Shown piece by piece: positions 37,437 to 49,320 of a stretch of 64,000 bases of DNA. The stretch is taken from the NCBI RefSeq assembly GCF_009914755.1, contig NC_060925.1. The stretch is one strand, 5' to 3'. The stretch is from the human T2T-CHM13v2.0 reference genome, Homo sapiens. Made by a program: the position numbers and the translations under genes. The notes beneath the pieces are model-generated. The model had not been told where the DNA came from. It made no database searches and worked only from the letters and a program-made list of their open reading frames with translations. Position 1 is the first letter of the stretch, and the number at the start of each line of letters is the position of its first letter.

Positions 37437-38379
37437 TGGCAGTTTATTAAAATGTTAAGACAACCTACATTATGTTTCAGTAATATCCTTACGTATTTAC
37501 CCAGTGAAAATGAAAACTTCCATATACTCCTAGGTGTTTCCCCAAGAGAAAGGAAAACATATCCACAAAAGAGAAAGTTTACATGAATGTTTATATGTTT
37601 AAACATATATATTTATCCATAATATGAGAACGTTTATAGCAGTGTTACTTATAATGATAAAAAACTGGAAACAAAGCAAATGTCTGTTAATGAGATAATG
37701 AATAAACATACTCAGAAATTCAGCAATAGGAAAACAACTGAACTACCAATAGACACAGCAAAATGGACGAATCTCAAAAATATTATGTTGAACAGAAGAA
37801 GCCAGGCACCATGGAGTACGTATCATAGGATTATGCTATATGAAGTACAAGAATAGTATAAAATTAATGTATGTTGATAGAAATGAGAACCTATGGCTGG
37901 GGTCTGGATGAAGTGAGTGGTTGGAAGAAAGCACAAGGGAATTTTCTGAGATAATAATGAAATTTTATATGTTGATTTGAGTGTGTGTTACAAAATTTTG
38001 CTAAAATATATCAAATCGTACCCTTACAATTTTTACATTTACCATATGTACATTTTAACTCAAAATATTGAGCATGATAAACCATCTCAAAAACTATTGT
38101 TAAAGTTCAAGTGCTCATTTTTCAAATATCTATAGAATCCCTCTGCCTTACCTAATGAAAAATCAACTATCTTCAACCTCCTCCTCTCTATTCTTATAAA
38201 CCAGCTCTTCTTGTTTTTCATATCATTTCCGACAATGGCAACATTCTTCTCCCAGTCAGTAAGAGCTTGGAACATTCGATTTATCTTCTCTAAATCTCTT
38301 TCTTTCAAGCCTGTTGTGGCCAAATCCAGCCTCCTTTTCAGAGTTACTTTTTATCTCATATTAACATTTTAATTTAGAC

Positions 38380-38606
38380 CAAAGGTGAGTATGCTTTTTC
38401 TGCAAAGGATCAAATAGTAAATACTTTAGGCTTTTCAAGCCATACTATTCCTGTTGCAAAGACTCAACTCTGCCTCTGTAGCACAAAAGACATCTGATAT
38501 AGACAATCTACAAACAAGTGAGCATGGCTGTGTTCCATTAAACTTTATTTACCAAAACTGGTTGTAGGCTGGATTTGGCCAGTAGACCAAAGTTTCCCGA
38601 CACTTG
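38380..38606 (+). mobile_element. MER58A DNA transposon
   Basis: TTTTTCTGCAAAGGATCAAATAGTAAATACTTTAGGC...GGCTGTGTTCCATTAAACTTTATTTAC...GGATTTGGCC. Confidence 0.85.
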
Positions 38607-39124
38607 ATTTAGACTCTCATTGAGGTTAAAAATTTTGAAAAATATTTTGACCTTTAGTTACTTCAGTAAACCCAAGCTGCCACTAGTGCCATTAAAATTT
38701 ATTTTCCAAACATCATCCAAAGTAATGGTCAAAAACATAAACCAGATCATATTATTCTGTGGCTCGAAATCTTCCAGTGACTTCCCATTGGTCATAAAAT
38801 AAGACACTTAATATTTAGTATGATATTTAAAGGACTTCCTATCCTGGCCCTTGCCTACCACTTTAAGCTCATCTTCTATCACTCTATGCTTTCTTCCCTA
38901 TGATTTGCCCACATTGTCTTTGTGAATCAATAATTCACACTAAGCTTCTCTTTAAGGGGACATTTTATTTCCTGCCCTTCTGCCTGGATTACTTTTTCTC
39001 TAATCATCACAAGCCACTTCTTTTTATCATTCACGACTTGGCAGAAATGCCACTTCCTCAAAGTATCATTCTAATATAACCCTCCAAGCCTCTGTCACTA
39101 TTACGTTATCCTATTTTACTTTTT

Positions 39125-39414
<290 letters not shown>

Positions 39415-39720
39415 CCTATTTTACTTTTTATAGCATAAGTCTCTAGTGTTATTTCACTTATTTATTTTTTGTTTATTTCTGCTGTGTGTCCTATACTACA
39501 CATTCCATATAAAACAGCAACTTTGTTTTATATTCATTACTGTCTCAAATAATACCTGGCCATAGTAAGCACTCAATAAACATTTGTTGCATGCAAGCAT
39601 GCATGCATGAATCCAGAATCATGTGCACAACTAGGAGGTCCATTTTCATACACACCAGTCAATCTGGACTATCAGGTCTTCCCTAAAAGTCCCATCTTTT
39701 TCTTGTTATTCACTCATTTT

Positions 39721-39749
39721 ACACACACACACACGCACATGCCCACATG

Positions 39750-39794
<45 letters not shown>
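39721..39794. repeat. Interrupted (CA)n microsatellite
   Basis: Seen directly. Confidence 0.95.
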
Positions 39795-39797
<3 letters not shown>

Positions 39798-39993
39798 TTC
39801 CTAGAAACCTTACCTATGCTTTTAGGCTCTTCTAAAATGTAATCTACTCTACGAAGCATTTTTAATTCACTAACTAAATGCAATCTCCTCCTCACTTTAA
39901 ATCAACATTAGAATTATACTAGTTGTAGGACATTTATCTTACATAGATATTCATTTAAATTAATCTGGACATTTGCTTTTCTCTTCTAAGCTA

Positions 39994-41633
39994 CAGTCAT
40001 ATGTCACTTAACAACAGGGATACATCTGAAAAATGCATTGTTAGGTGATTTCCTCCTTGTGTGAACATCATAGTGTATACTTACACAAACCTAGATGGTA
40101 CCCTACGACCCACCTGGGCTATATGATATAGCCTATTGCTCCTAGACTGTAAACCTGTATGGAATGTTACTGTAGTGAATACTGTAGGCAACTATAACCG
40201 AATGGTTGCTATCCATGAATACAAATATAGAAAAGACAGTAAAATACAGTATAAAAGGTAAAAAAAATATATACTTATATAGGGCACTGACCATGAATGG
40301 AGCTAGCAGGACTGAAAATTACTCTGGATGAGTTGGTGAGTGAGTGTTGAGTGAATGTGAAAATCCAGGGCTTTTCTGTTCACTACTATAGACTTTATAA
40401 ACACTTTCCTCTTACAGTACAGTAAATTTATATTTTAAAAATTCTCTTACTTCAGCAATAAATTAACCTCAGCTTACTGTAACTTTTTGCTTTATAAACT
40501 TTTAATTGTTAAAATAGTTTTGACTCTTTTGTATGAACACAGCTTAAAACACAAACATATTGTACAGCTGTACAAAAACATGTATATCATTCTATAAACT
40601 TTTTCTATTTTTTAATTTCTTTTTCTTACTTTTTAAAACTTTGTTAAAAACTAAAACACACACACATTAGCCTAGGCCATCAATAACACTGTCTTTCACC
40701 TCCACATCTGGTCCCACTGGAAGATGTTCAGTGGCAATAACACACATGGAGCTGTCATCTCCTAATAGCAATACCTTCTTGTGGAATACCTCATGAAGGA
40801 GCTACCTGAGGCTATGACTACCTTTTTTTGTTTTGTTTTTACAAGTAGAAGGAGTACACTCTAAAGTGATGCAAGTATAGTATAGCAAAGGCATAAACCA
40901 GTAACATATTTATTATCATTATGAAGTGTTGATGCAGGCAGGTGAGCCCCCAAATTGGGGCTTACCCCAGGAGGGTTCTTGGCTTCACCTAGGAAAGAAT
41001 TCAAGGGAGAGATGGTAGTGCTCAACAGCAACTTTTATTTAAGCAGCAGTATACAGCAGCAGTAGACATACTGCTCCTTGTGAAGCAGGGCTACCCCATG
41101 GGTAGTGTGCCCAGGGTAGCAGCTCAAAAGCCATTTTGCAGTCATATTTATACCTACTTTTAATTATATACAAATTAAGAGGCAATTTATGCAAAAATTC
41201 CTAGGATACAGGTAGTAACTTTTGGGTTGTCAGAGCATTGCCATGGAAAGGGGTGTTAGCTTCTGGGTGTTGCCATGGCAATGGTAAATGGACATGGCAC
41301 ACTGGTGGGCATGTCTTATGGAAAGCTGCTTCCATCCCTGCACTGTTTAGCTAGTCCTCAATTTGGTCCACTGTCCAAGCCCCACATCTAGAGTCAAGTC
41401 CCACCTTCTACCTCAGTATTACGTGCATAATCTATATGCTGAATTTCTATAGGACTGAAAGAACAGCAGGTTTGTTTACACCAGAATCACCACAAATGTG
41501 AGCAATGCTATGGCATTACACCTACCATGTCATTAGACAATAGGAATTTTTCCCCTCCATTATAATTTTATGGGACCACTGTCATGTATACGGTCCATTG
41601 TTGACTGAAATGTCAGTATGTAGTTCATGACTG
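39994..41633. mobile_element. Tigger3b/MER7B-like TcMar element, interrupted by an LTR
   Basis: Terminal inverted repeats CAGTCAT...ATGACTG, left TA target, internal CACAAACCTAGATGG...CTACTATAGACTTTATAAACACT. Confidence 0.85.
40930..41415 (-). mobile_element. MER66-like ERV1 solo LTR
   Basis: TG...CA termini; minus strand starts TGAGGTAGAAGGTGGGACTTGACTC...GGACCAAATTGAGGACTAGCTAAA; 4-bp TSD GTGT/GTAT. Confidence 0.8.
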
Positions 41634-42009
41634 TGTAAATCTTTGAAGGTGAAAATTAGTTTTAATTTATCTTTATATGGTTTCCAGTACTTAGGTACAT
41701 TTCACTAAGCTCTTTCTGAATTTTGTTGACTTTGAATAACAAGGACTCAAATTATATATTAATTTCATTTTAATGTACAAAATAATTATAATGGTGTTAC
41801 AGAAGTCTAGCTCATGCTACAGTGAAATAATTTGTTTTGTATTAAATTTTTATAAGATTTGTTGGTTTCCAAAATTAATACTTAATATTTTATCTTAATT
41901 TTTGAATATTTTTACATAATATTATTATTAAACAAAGTAAAAATACAATAAACTATTAGGATTTCTTGGCACTCTTGGAGTTGGTTTTTAGGAAGAATTG
42001 TGGGTAAGT

Positions 42010-42375
42010 GCTAGCTCTTCTCCAGTATCTGTTCTTTCCTCATCTACGGTTACTTTTTAATATGAAATTGGACACAGACCAACTGGAATAAATACTACTT
42101 TGTATTGCCTCCCTTGTAACTAAGTATAGAAGCAAGTAAATGCTGCCTAGTGAGAAACAAATGAATTGTCTTTCTACTCTTCTCTGGAATGTGGACGTAA
42201 TTACTGCAGTTCTGTAGCCATCTTGAACCATGGGATGATCTTGGGAATGGAATCCACTTTTAATAAAGCTACAAGATAGGTCAGGCTCATAAATTGTGGC
42301 ATATGCCATATTAACCTAAGACTGACCACACTACTTCTGACTGTGGCAGAAAATTAGTCTTTACCTTGTTCCAAC
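42010..42375 (+). mobile_element. MLT1 (J/K-type) LTR relic, split by the ERV; resumes at about 48948-49035
   Basis: GTAGCCATCTTGAACCATGGGATGA...AGAAAATTAGTCTTTACCTTGTT; the remainder ends GAGCCACAACTAACAGAATA. Confidence 0.55.
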
Positions 42376-43309
42376 TGTTGCCAGTGGAAGGGTAGCCAAG
42401 TTCTTGGCATCTTGAACAAAGAATTGAACAAAATGCACAAACAAAGCAAGGAAAGAATGAAGCAACAAAATCAGTGTGGGGGCAGGCCTGAGCATAGGGG
42501 TTCGAGTGCCCAGTTACAGAATTTTCTGGAGTTTAAATATCTTCTAGAGGCTTCCATTGGTTATTTGGTGTACCCCTTATATAAATAAAGAGGATATTCC
42601 AGGGATAGCTGAAGTGTTTCCATTTGATTTAGTTCTAGGAAGTCCTTAGGTTCTCTGCTTCCATGCCCTATTCTCCTGATTTATGCCCTGAAAGATGTGA
42701 TCCCCATAAATCTTTATGGAAGGCAGAGGGACCACTGGTCTTTCTTCTGTAACCGCTTCATTCTGGCTTGGGGCATAGCCCCTACTTCTTGGGGATCATG
42801 GAACTCTTGCCCTGCTTTGTCTAGTGGAGGCAGGGTAGCTCCTTGATGGCCAGGTGTGGAATGGGCTGGAACCTTTGTGGCATGATCAACTGAAGCTTGA
42901 TAGTGTCTAGGAGAGGGGAAATGAATTTGGTTAAAAGATTTAATGGGAACTTAAAGGGGGTGGATACCTATGCTGACAGGAATATTTGTTATAGAGATGT
43001 GCAGGAGAAAAACAAAACCTGGTCTGTTCTAGGGTCTATGTGTTTCCTTAAAGTGTTAGCATAAGCGACTTCATTTTGGTCTGGTTTGGTTTGGTCTGTT
43101 GAAACCTAGTGCATAAGCTCAGTCCACAGCAGTGAACTACCATAATTTTGTTTAAAAAAATTCCCCCCTTTTGGTAAGGTTCTCACTTAGGTGAGAGTGT
43201 GACCAAAACTTAGGGCCTTAGTGCCACTCTCGGTTAACATCGTTTTGGGTTTCTGGTCTCAGCATGTCACTCCTAGGTTACAGTGTCCTCATGGTCACAC
43301 ATTTCTTTC

Positions 43310-43800
43310 TGCTCTTGTCAGTTGAAGAGATATCATTTGAGATTCTAGAGATGGCTGCATGTAAACATATAAAACACTTGAGAGAATACAGCACTCCAGG
43401 GAGACTATTATTATGACTATCAGGAGGATAATACCAAGAGTTTGGAGTACACTCTTTACCCAGGGTCCCCATAAATTAAGCCTCCTAAAATCAAAGACAT
43501 CAAAGAATGAGCTAGATAAAGAGTCTACTCACTTAATTAAGCAATCTCTTTATTAATCCCCTACCACTGAATCTCTATAATCTTCATTTGATGTGTTTCT
43601 CCATAGGCCACAAGTGCCAGCAGCTGCACAGATACTTCTCCATTCAGCCAATTCTATCATAACTTTCACAAGAGAATTTAAAGTCTGTTGTGGAACCATA
43701 GCCTTTATAGGAGAATCTGGTATAGAGCCTATTATGAGGGATACATTTCTAATCATTGCCTCTTTTATTCCAAATCATGGAAAAAGGACATAAGGCCGGC
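43310..43800 (-). pseudogene. env: Degenerate ERV env TM subunit
   Basis: IRNVSLII...QQTLNSLVKV..LAEWRSICAAAGTCGLWRNTS (heptad, eroded ISD and CX6CC region) and, in another frame, WGPWVKSVLQTLGIILLIVIIIVSLECCILS (membrane anchor). Frameshifted. Confidence 0.75.
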
Positions 43801-46800
43801 TGCAAAATCCTTCATAAATAAAAGTATACCCATAAATGTACACAACAGACCCCTTTTTCACTTCTATTGCTCATGGAGGAATAAGCAAGGAAAAAATATT
43901 TAAAAATAAGTGTCCTGTGATATTAGAGAAGTCTTGATCCATGATCTTGAGAAAAATTATTCACATCACGCTTCTGGGAAGAAACTTCCCTGGTTAGCTT
44001 TACCTTAAGGGTTCCAATGGGTGTACAATTCCAACAGTATGGAGGGACTCCACTCAGTTGTGACACTATGAACCCAAAGTTCAAGGTTCCAAAGTTTTGC
44101 TTCAGTGTGGATGGCAAGGACAATCTTTCTCCGATGTTCTCAGAAGATCTAATCTTAGGGTTCTAGATTGTGAATAGGTTGATTGTCCTCAGTGAACCAT
44201 AAAAAGCTTTCTTTACCTGGTGAAAATACACTGCATCATAATAACTTAGTTATATGTTATTTAAGTGTGTTGAGTGTACTTTCATAAATAGAATTTGAGT
44301 CATATTTCTCTCTCTGCCTAATTTGTCCAAAATTTGTAAACTATTTGCGACTATTCTTAATTCATGGCATATTCGTGTTATAACATCAGCCTTCTTGAAC
44401 AGGAGAGCTTTTATATAACCAGAAACCATGCACTGAAAATAACAATTGACAAATAACGAATCTGTTTATAAAATGTACAAATCACCCATCAGGTGATTCA
44501 ACGTACCTGACGCTTTGATTGTTTTCCCAGGAATATGGGACCAAACATTGGTTACAAACTGTTTTAGCAATTTATTAGCCACCACACCAATATATTCAAT
44601 TTGTATCATTTTATCTTTTCCATGGTGAGTCATGGAATGCAGAACTTTTAATTACAAAAGCTTTAAGGACTCAGGAATGACAAGGTGGCCATCCTTGTTC
44701 TCCATGAATGCATGCTTAATTAACATTCAACTTATATCCTCTTGAATACCAGTTGTTTCTCCAAATTAGGTGAATAGCACTGATAACTGATGGGTTATCA
44801 TAGATAATTTGACTTAGACTGTGGAGTTCATTCAAATGGTATAAACAATTTCAGTATCAGTTGGCTTAACATGAAAATCTGGCAAAGTATTTTATTGGTA
44901 TTCAATTAATTTTTTGGCCCTACTTGGGTTAGTAGTTTTATACATGACATGTGGTTCTTTCTCTGGTGTAAAATACCTTAAAACAATTTTTAAAAATAAA
45001 AAAAGCAGTTTATGACCTTGAAGTATTTAGTGAACCTAGTATCTGACCCACATAATTGAGACGAAATGTTTACATTTTTGAAGATATTCTTATTTTACCA
45101 ATAATCTTTAAAACTGTCTTTATTTCCCAAAGATTAGTTAAGTGACATGAACTAAATAAAAACTATTATGCTTTTTACTTTTCTGACAAAATATTTAATT
45201 GAAGTTCTTCTTATTAAACCAATTAATTAAAGCTTTTTTACACAACACATATAAATACATAGACAGACAGATGATAAAGAACTCATTCCCTAAGCCAGGA
45301 ATCTAACCCTAAAGCCAGGCTGCCATTGTGAAAAGAGAAAACACAGCCACATGGTAACAAGGTCCAGATCTCAAGGATACGGCTGACCAGTTTGCTGGGC
45401 CATCTTAAACAGTGGGCCTATGGCGTCCTAGGTATGCATTTTATCCTAAGATACCCCTCTTTATGACACAATAATACAGAAAGACACACAAAGCACACCA
45501 GATTCACTACAGCTTAAGACCAGCCTCAAAATTCTTTTTTGCATTAATCAGAACTTTACAGAGGAAATAAACAGTGACTTTTACCATTCATTTACCATTT
45601 TGTACAGAGAGAGGTGTCAGAGTCTGAATGGTGAGAAATAATTCTTACCTTTTGCTGGCATGCCAGGCTTCTGGGTTCCCTTTCCCTGAGCAACCCTTGC
45701 AACCCTGTTCTGTCTGTATGCAAACACATATATTGCCAAGAATTAAGAATAGTCGCAAATAGTTTACAAATTTTGGACAAATTAGGCAGAGAGAGAAATA
45801 TGACTGAAATTCTATTTATGAAAGTATACTCAACACACTTAAAGTATCAGGAAGCCTAAACTCCAAAAAGTTAGTGTAAGGTTAAAAAGCTGGTGTGCTC
45901 CATCAATTCCTGCCAGCCCAACAGAGGTAGCCTAGGAATTCCAGATAAATAGAACACATGCTAACTTGCTAGAAATGTGTAGGAAATGAAGTAACTATTC
46001 ACAGAACCAAATAAAAGCCTTTCACTAGAAACTAAAAAAAAAAAAAAAAAAAAAATTATGGTTTTCCATATATGCACACATAAGCAAAGCACAGAGAATA
46101 AATAGTAAATTAATTAAAATTAGAAGCAAAAACAAATAAAAAAGAAACCAACACTAATGTTTTTAACTCAATCTCAATCTACTCTGGAGATTGCAGTGTT
46201 ACCTAGAGCCCACAAAAAACCCACATAATGAATATTTTATTCCTGATACACATTCAATGACCTTAAGTCCACCAATATTATCAAACATCCTGTGGAATCA
46301 AGAAATTCACTCTAGGCACATGACCAATAAGTACTCCAGTGCCAGCACTATTCATGAAAAACAGTAAATATAGTGTGAAGCAATGCAAGCATGTATGTGA
46401 AATTTGGTTCCACACTAAATCCAGCTTCATGCTTAACTGTAGTAAAACAAACAAACAAAAAAAAAGAATTGCCAAACTGCTGATGAATTTCTTTACAATA
46501 CTTCTTATTTTACTTTAATCAAGACTAAGAGCTTTAATTATGAAAATGTTAATTAGCCAAATGTCTCCAATTCTATATCAGGTTTTAAAGAAGATTTTAT
46601 TATCTAAACTTATTTTTTACATCTTTCTCCGCTACTTACTGGTTCCTTACTACATTCTTTCATAAATAAGCTTTTCAAATCTGTAATTTGAACTAACTTT
46701 TAGATAACATCTGAATTAGACAAAATTATTATTTTACTCATTAATAACACAACCCTTTCTGGCACATTTTGTATACAGAATTATGTGTTAACTAGAATTC

Positions 46801-48583
46801 TTATCCTCAGTAACCTAAAACTTTAGTGAAACCCTAAAAAGCGAAAAATCCTGAACTGTCAATATTGGGCATTTAGGTAAGAATTCCACAATTTTTAGAA
46901 ACATATTTCCCCAAATCATAACCCTTTCTTAACTGGAAGTAATACAGATATTCAATGAGCATCAAAAATAATTTTAAGATTTAATTTACACAAAAGTTTA
47001 CCTAAAATATTTATCCCATTCATTGAACTCAATTCTTTCACTTTTAACAGTTTATCTAGATTACTTCTGTAAACTGAGATATTAGACACTGTCATTTAAA
47101 GTTAATTACTTCTTTTGTTAATCACATTTTTAATAGTCAGTAAACATCAGATGCTCACCTAAACCTAAGTAAGGGCCTCAAAGTTAAATACATAGGTATT
47201 TTACCAATAACTCAGAAGACTTAGCTAACGTTAAATTATTCTCATTTGTCAAAAAAAAAGGCATGCAAACCAAGACCATTTTGTTTTGGCTGGGTTTATA
47301 ATTTTGTAACCTTCTATGCCAAATGCTGACATCTCAAAATAACTAGCAAAGACAAACTTAAAATCTAGAAAAAAAAAGTATGCTGACAATTCTGAAGGCA
47401 TTTCTATTTTTATTTTACCAATAATTTTAAAGCTGGCTTGTTTAGTAAAGTTATACTTAAGTAGCGTGAACTTGAAAATTGCTTAGACTTATTTGCTTAA
47501 TTTATGGGCACTCTTTTGCTTATAAGCCAATTCGGTAGCTACAACATATAACAATAAGTGTACATACAAATAGACACATCTAGACGTGTACACACACACA
47601 CACACAAAGACCTGATAGCTTTGAACCCTAGCCATGAGATAGCAATACAAGCTCACCAGTTTTACTTTGTTTGCCTTAATAGATAATCCAACGAAGGCCA
47701 GGAACCAAAATTTTGGGGAAAGCAGTTTCCATGGCAGTTTGATTTTTAAAGACCAAACCTCCCCACACTCCAGAGAACACGGAGGCCAAACAGCACCAAA
47801 GGAGAGCATCACACATTAACCAGCCCCACTGCTTAGAACAGCAGCACAAAAGCCTGGATATATCCAATGCCCTCCCACTTTCCCATTCGACAGTAAACTC
47901 CAGATTCCAAACAACATTGGGGCCAAACAGTATTGAAACTGTGAGAGAAAGTTCTAAGGAGGGTTTAGCGCTAAACCTCAGAACCTTTGCCAAGGATGTC
48001 CCTTTTGGAGAGGTTGAGCCACAGGATTCCCTGGGGCGTCCCCTTGTGAGTTCCAATCTTAGAGTGCCAGGCACCTCTGACCTTAGGTGGGCACCAGTGC
48101 TGCTTTGCATGCTTTCCTCCAGGGGTGATGGCCTACTATGAGCTTCCTTTGGTTCCTGGGTATAATCCCTGACTTTTAGCATCCTTATGATTTGGTAAGG
48201 CTACACTTTCCTATGCTTCCCATTCCACTAGAGTGATAGCCATGAACTACAGTGATAGGAATTGGAGTCTGAGTAGTCTTCTTTTGTCCTTAGCCAGTTG
48301 AGTAGGGGAAGGGAAGAATTTAGCATAAAAAACAAGGTTTAAGTCTCCTGAAACACGTGGGAGTTTGCTCTGAGCTGCACCACACTACGGATCAGGGATC
48401 ACAACTGGAAAAGATAGAAAGAGTCCTTCAGAACGGCCCCTGGCTAGAAATCTGCAGTTGCCACCATGTTTAGGTGCTACCCACCAAGGGCCCCAAGTTG
48501 GAAAGGAAAAGAGAGAGGGAGAGATTCCTCTGTATGAAGCAGAAAGAAAAAGGAGAAAAATAAATCCCAAACTTTGGGCTTAC

Positions 48584-48601
48584 CTCCTGGCTAGCTTGCC
48601 A
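48584..48601 (-). promoter_or_regulatory. Primer-binding site for tRNA-Arg(ACG)
   Basis: Minus strand TGGCAAGCTAGCCAGGAG vs TGGCGAGCCAGCCAGGAG, the complement of the tRNA-Arg-ACG 3' end (16/18), 5 nt from the 5' LTR. Confidence 0.85.
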
Positions 48602-49129
48602 AAATATGTTACTGGTGGAGGGTGTCCAGGTTCTTGATGTCTTGGAAAAAAGAATTGGACAAAACACGCAAACAAAGCAAGGAAAGGATGAAGCAACAAA
48701 AGCAGAGATTTATTAGAAACAAAAGTATACTTCACAGTGTGGGAGCAGGCCCAAGCATACGGGCTCAAGAGACCAATTACAGAATTTTCTGGGCTTTAAA
48801 TATCTTCTAGAGGTTTCCATTGGTTATTTGGTGTACACCTTATGTAAATGAAGAGGATTTTACCTGTCATAGCTGAAGTGTTTCCATTTGATTTAGTTCT
48901 AGGAAGTCCTTAGTTTCCCTGCCCCCAGGCCCTATTCTCCTGGCTCACAATTATTCTTATTTCTTTATTTTTGCTTGTTTATTTATTGTTATTATTATTA
49001 TTTTCACTGGAATGGAGCCACAACTAACAGAATAATATTTCCAGAGTTTAAGAAAGTCAGCATGGAATTCAATAGGATTGAAACTGATTACTAACTACGA
49101 TGTTTATTTCATATATTGTCTTGAACCAC

Positions 49130-49320
49130 TTACACAGCTGACCTAAGATCCAATTCTTTCATCTGTAGAATGGGCAAAACAACAACAAAAACTTGCTTGA
49201 TAGGATTGTGGAGAGGAGCGAATGTCATAATAATACATCAAGCATGTAATACACAACAGGGCACATGGAGGTGCTAGGTTAGTGTTAGCAGTTACTAATA
49301 ATATTTACTAATGTTACTAT
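49130..49320 (+). mobile_element. MIR fragment
   Basis: TTCATCTGTAGAATGGG...TAGGATTGTGGAGAGGA...GGCACATGGAGGTGCT. Confidence 0.65.

Larger units (their letters stand above)
42376..48947 (-). mobile_element. MER51-like (MER4-group, ERV1) provirus: 3' LTR 42376-42683, 5' LTR 48607-48947
   Basis: Two homologous LTRs with TG..CA-type termini, TSD CAAC/CAAT, a PBS next to the right LTR, env remnants next to the left LTR, and an AT-rich non-coding interior. Confidence 0.9.

Noticed and set aside
47489-48182. 107 and 168 aa minus-strand ORFs in the ERV leader as possible gag
   Set aside because: No MA/CA/NC motifs (no major homology region, no CCHC); probably non-coding leader.
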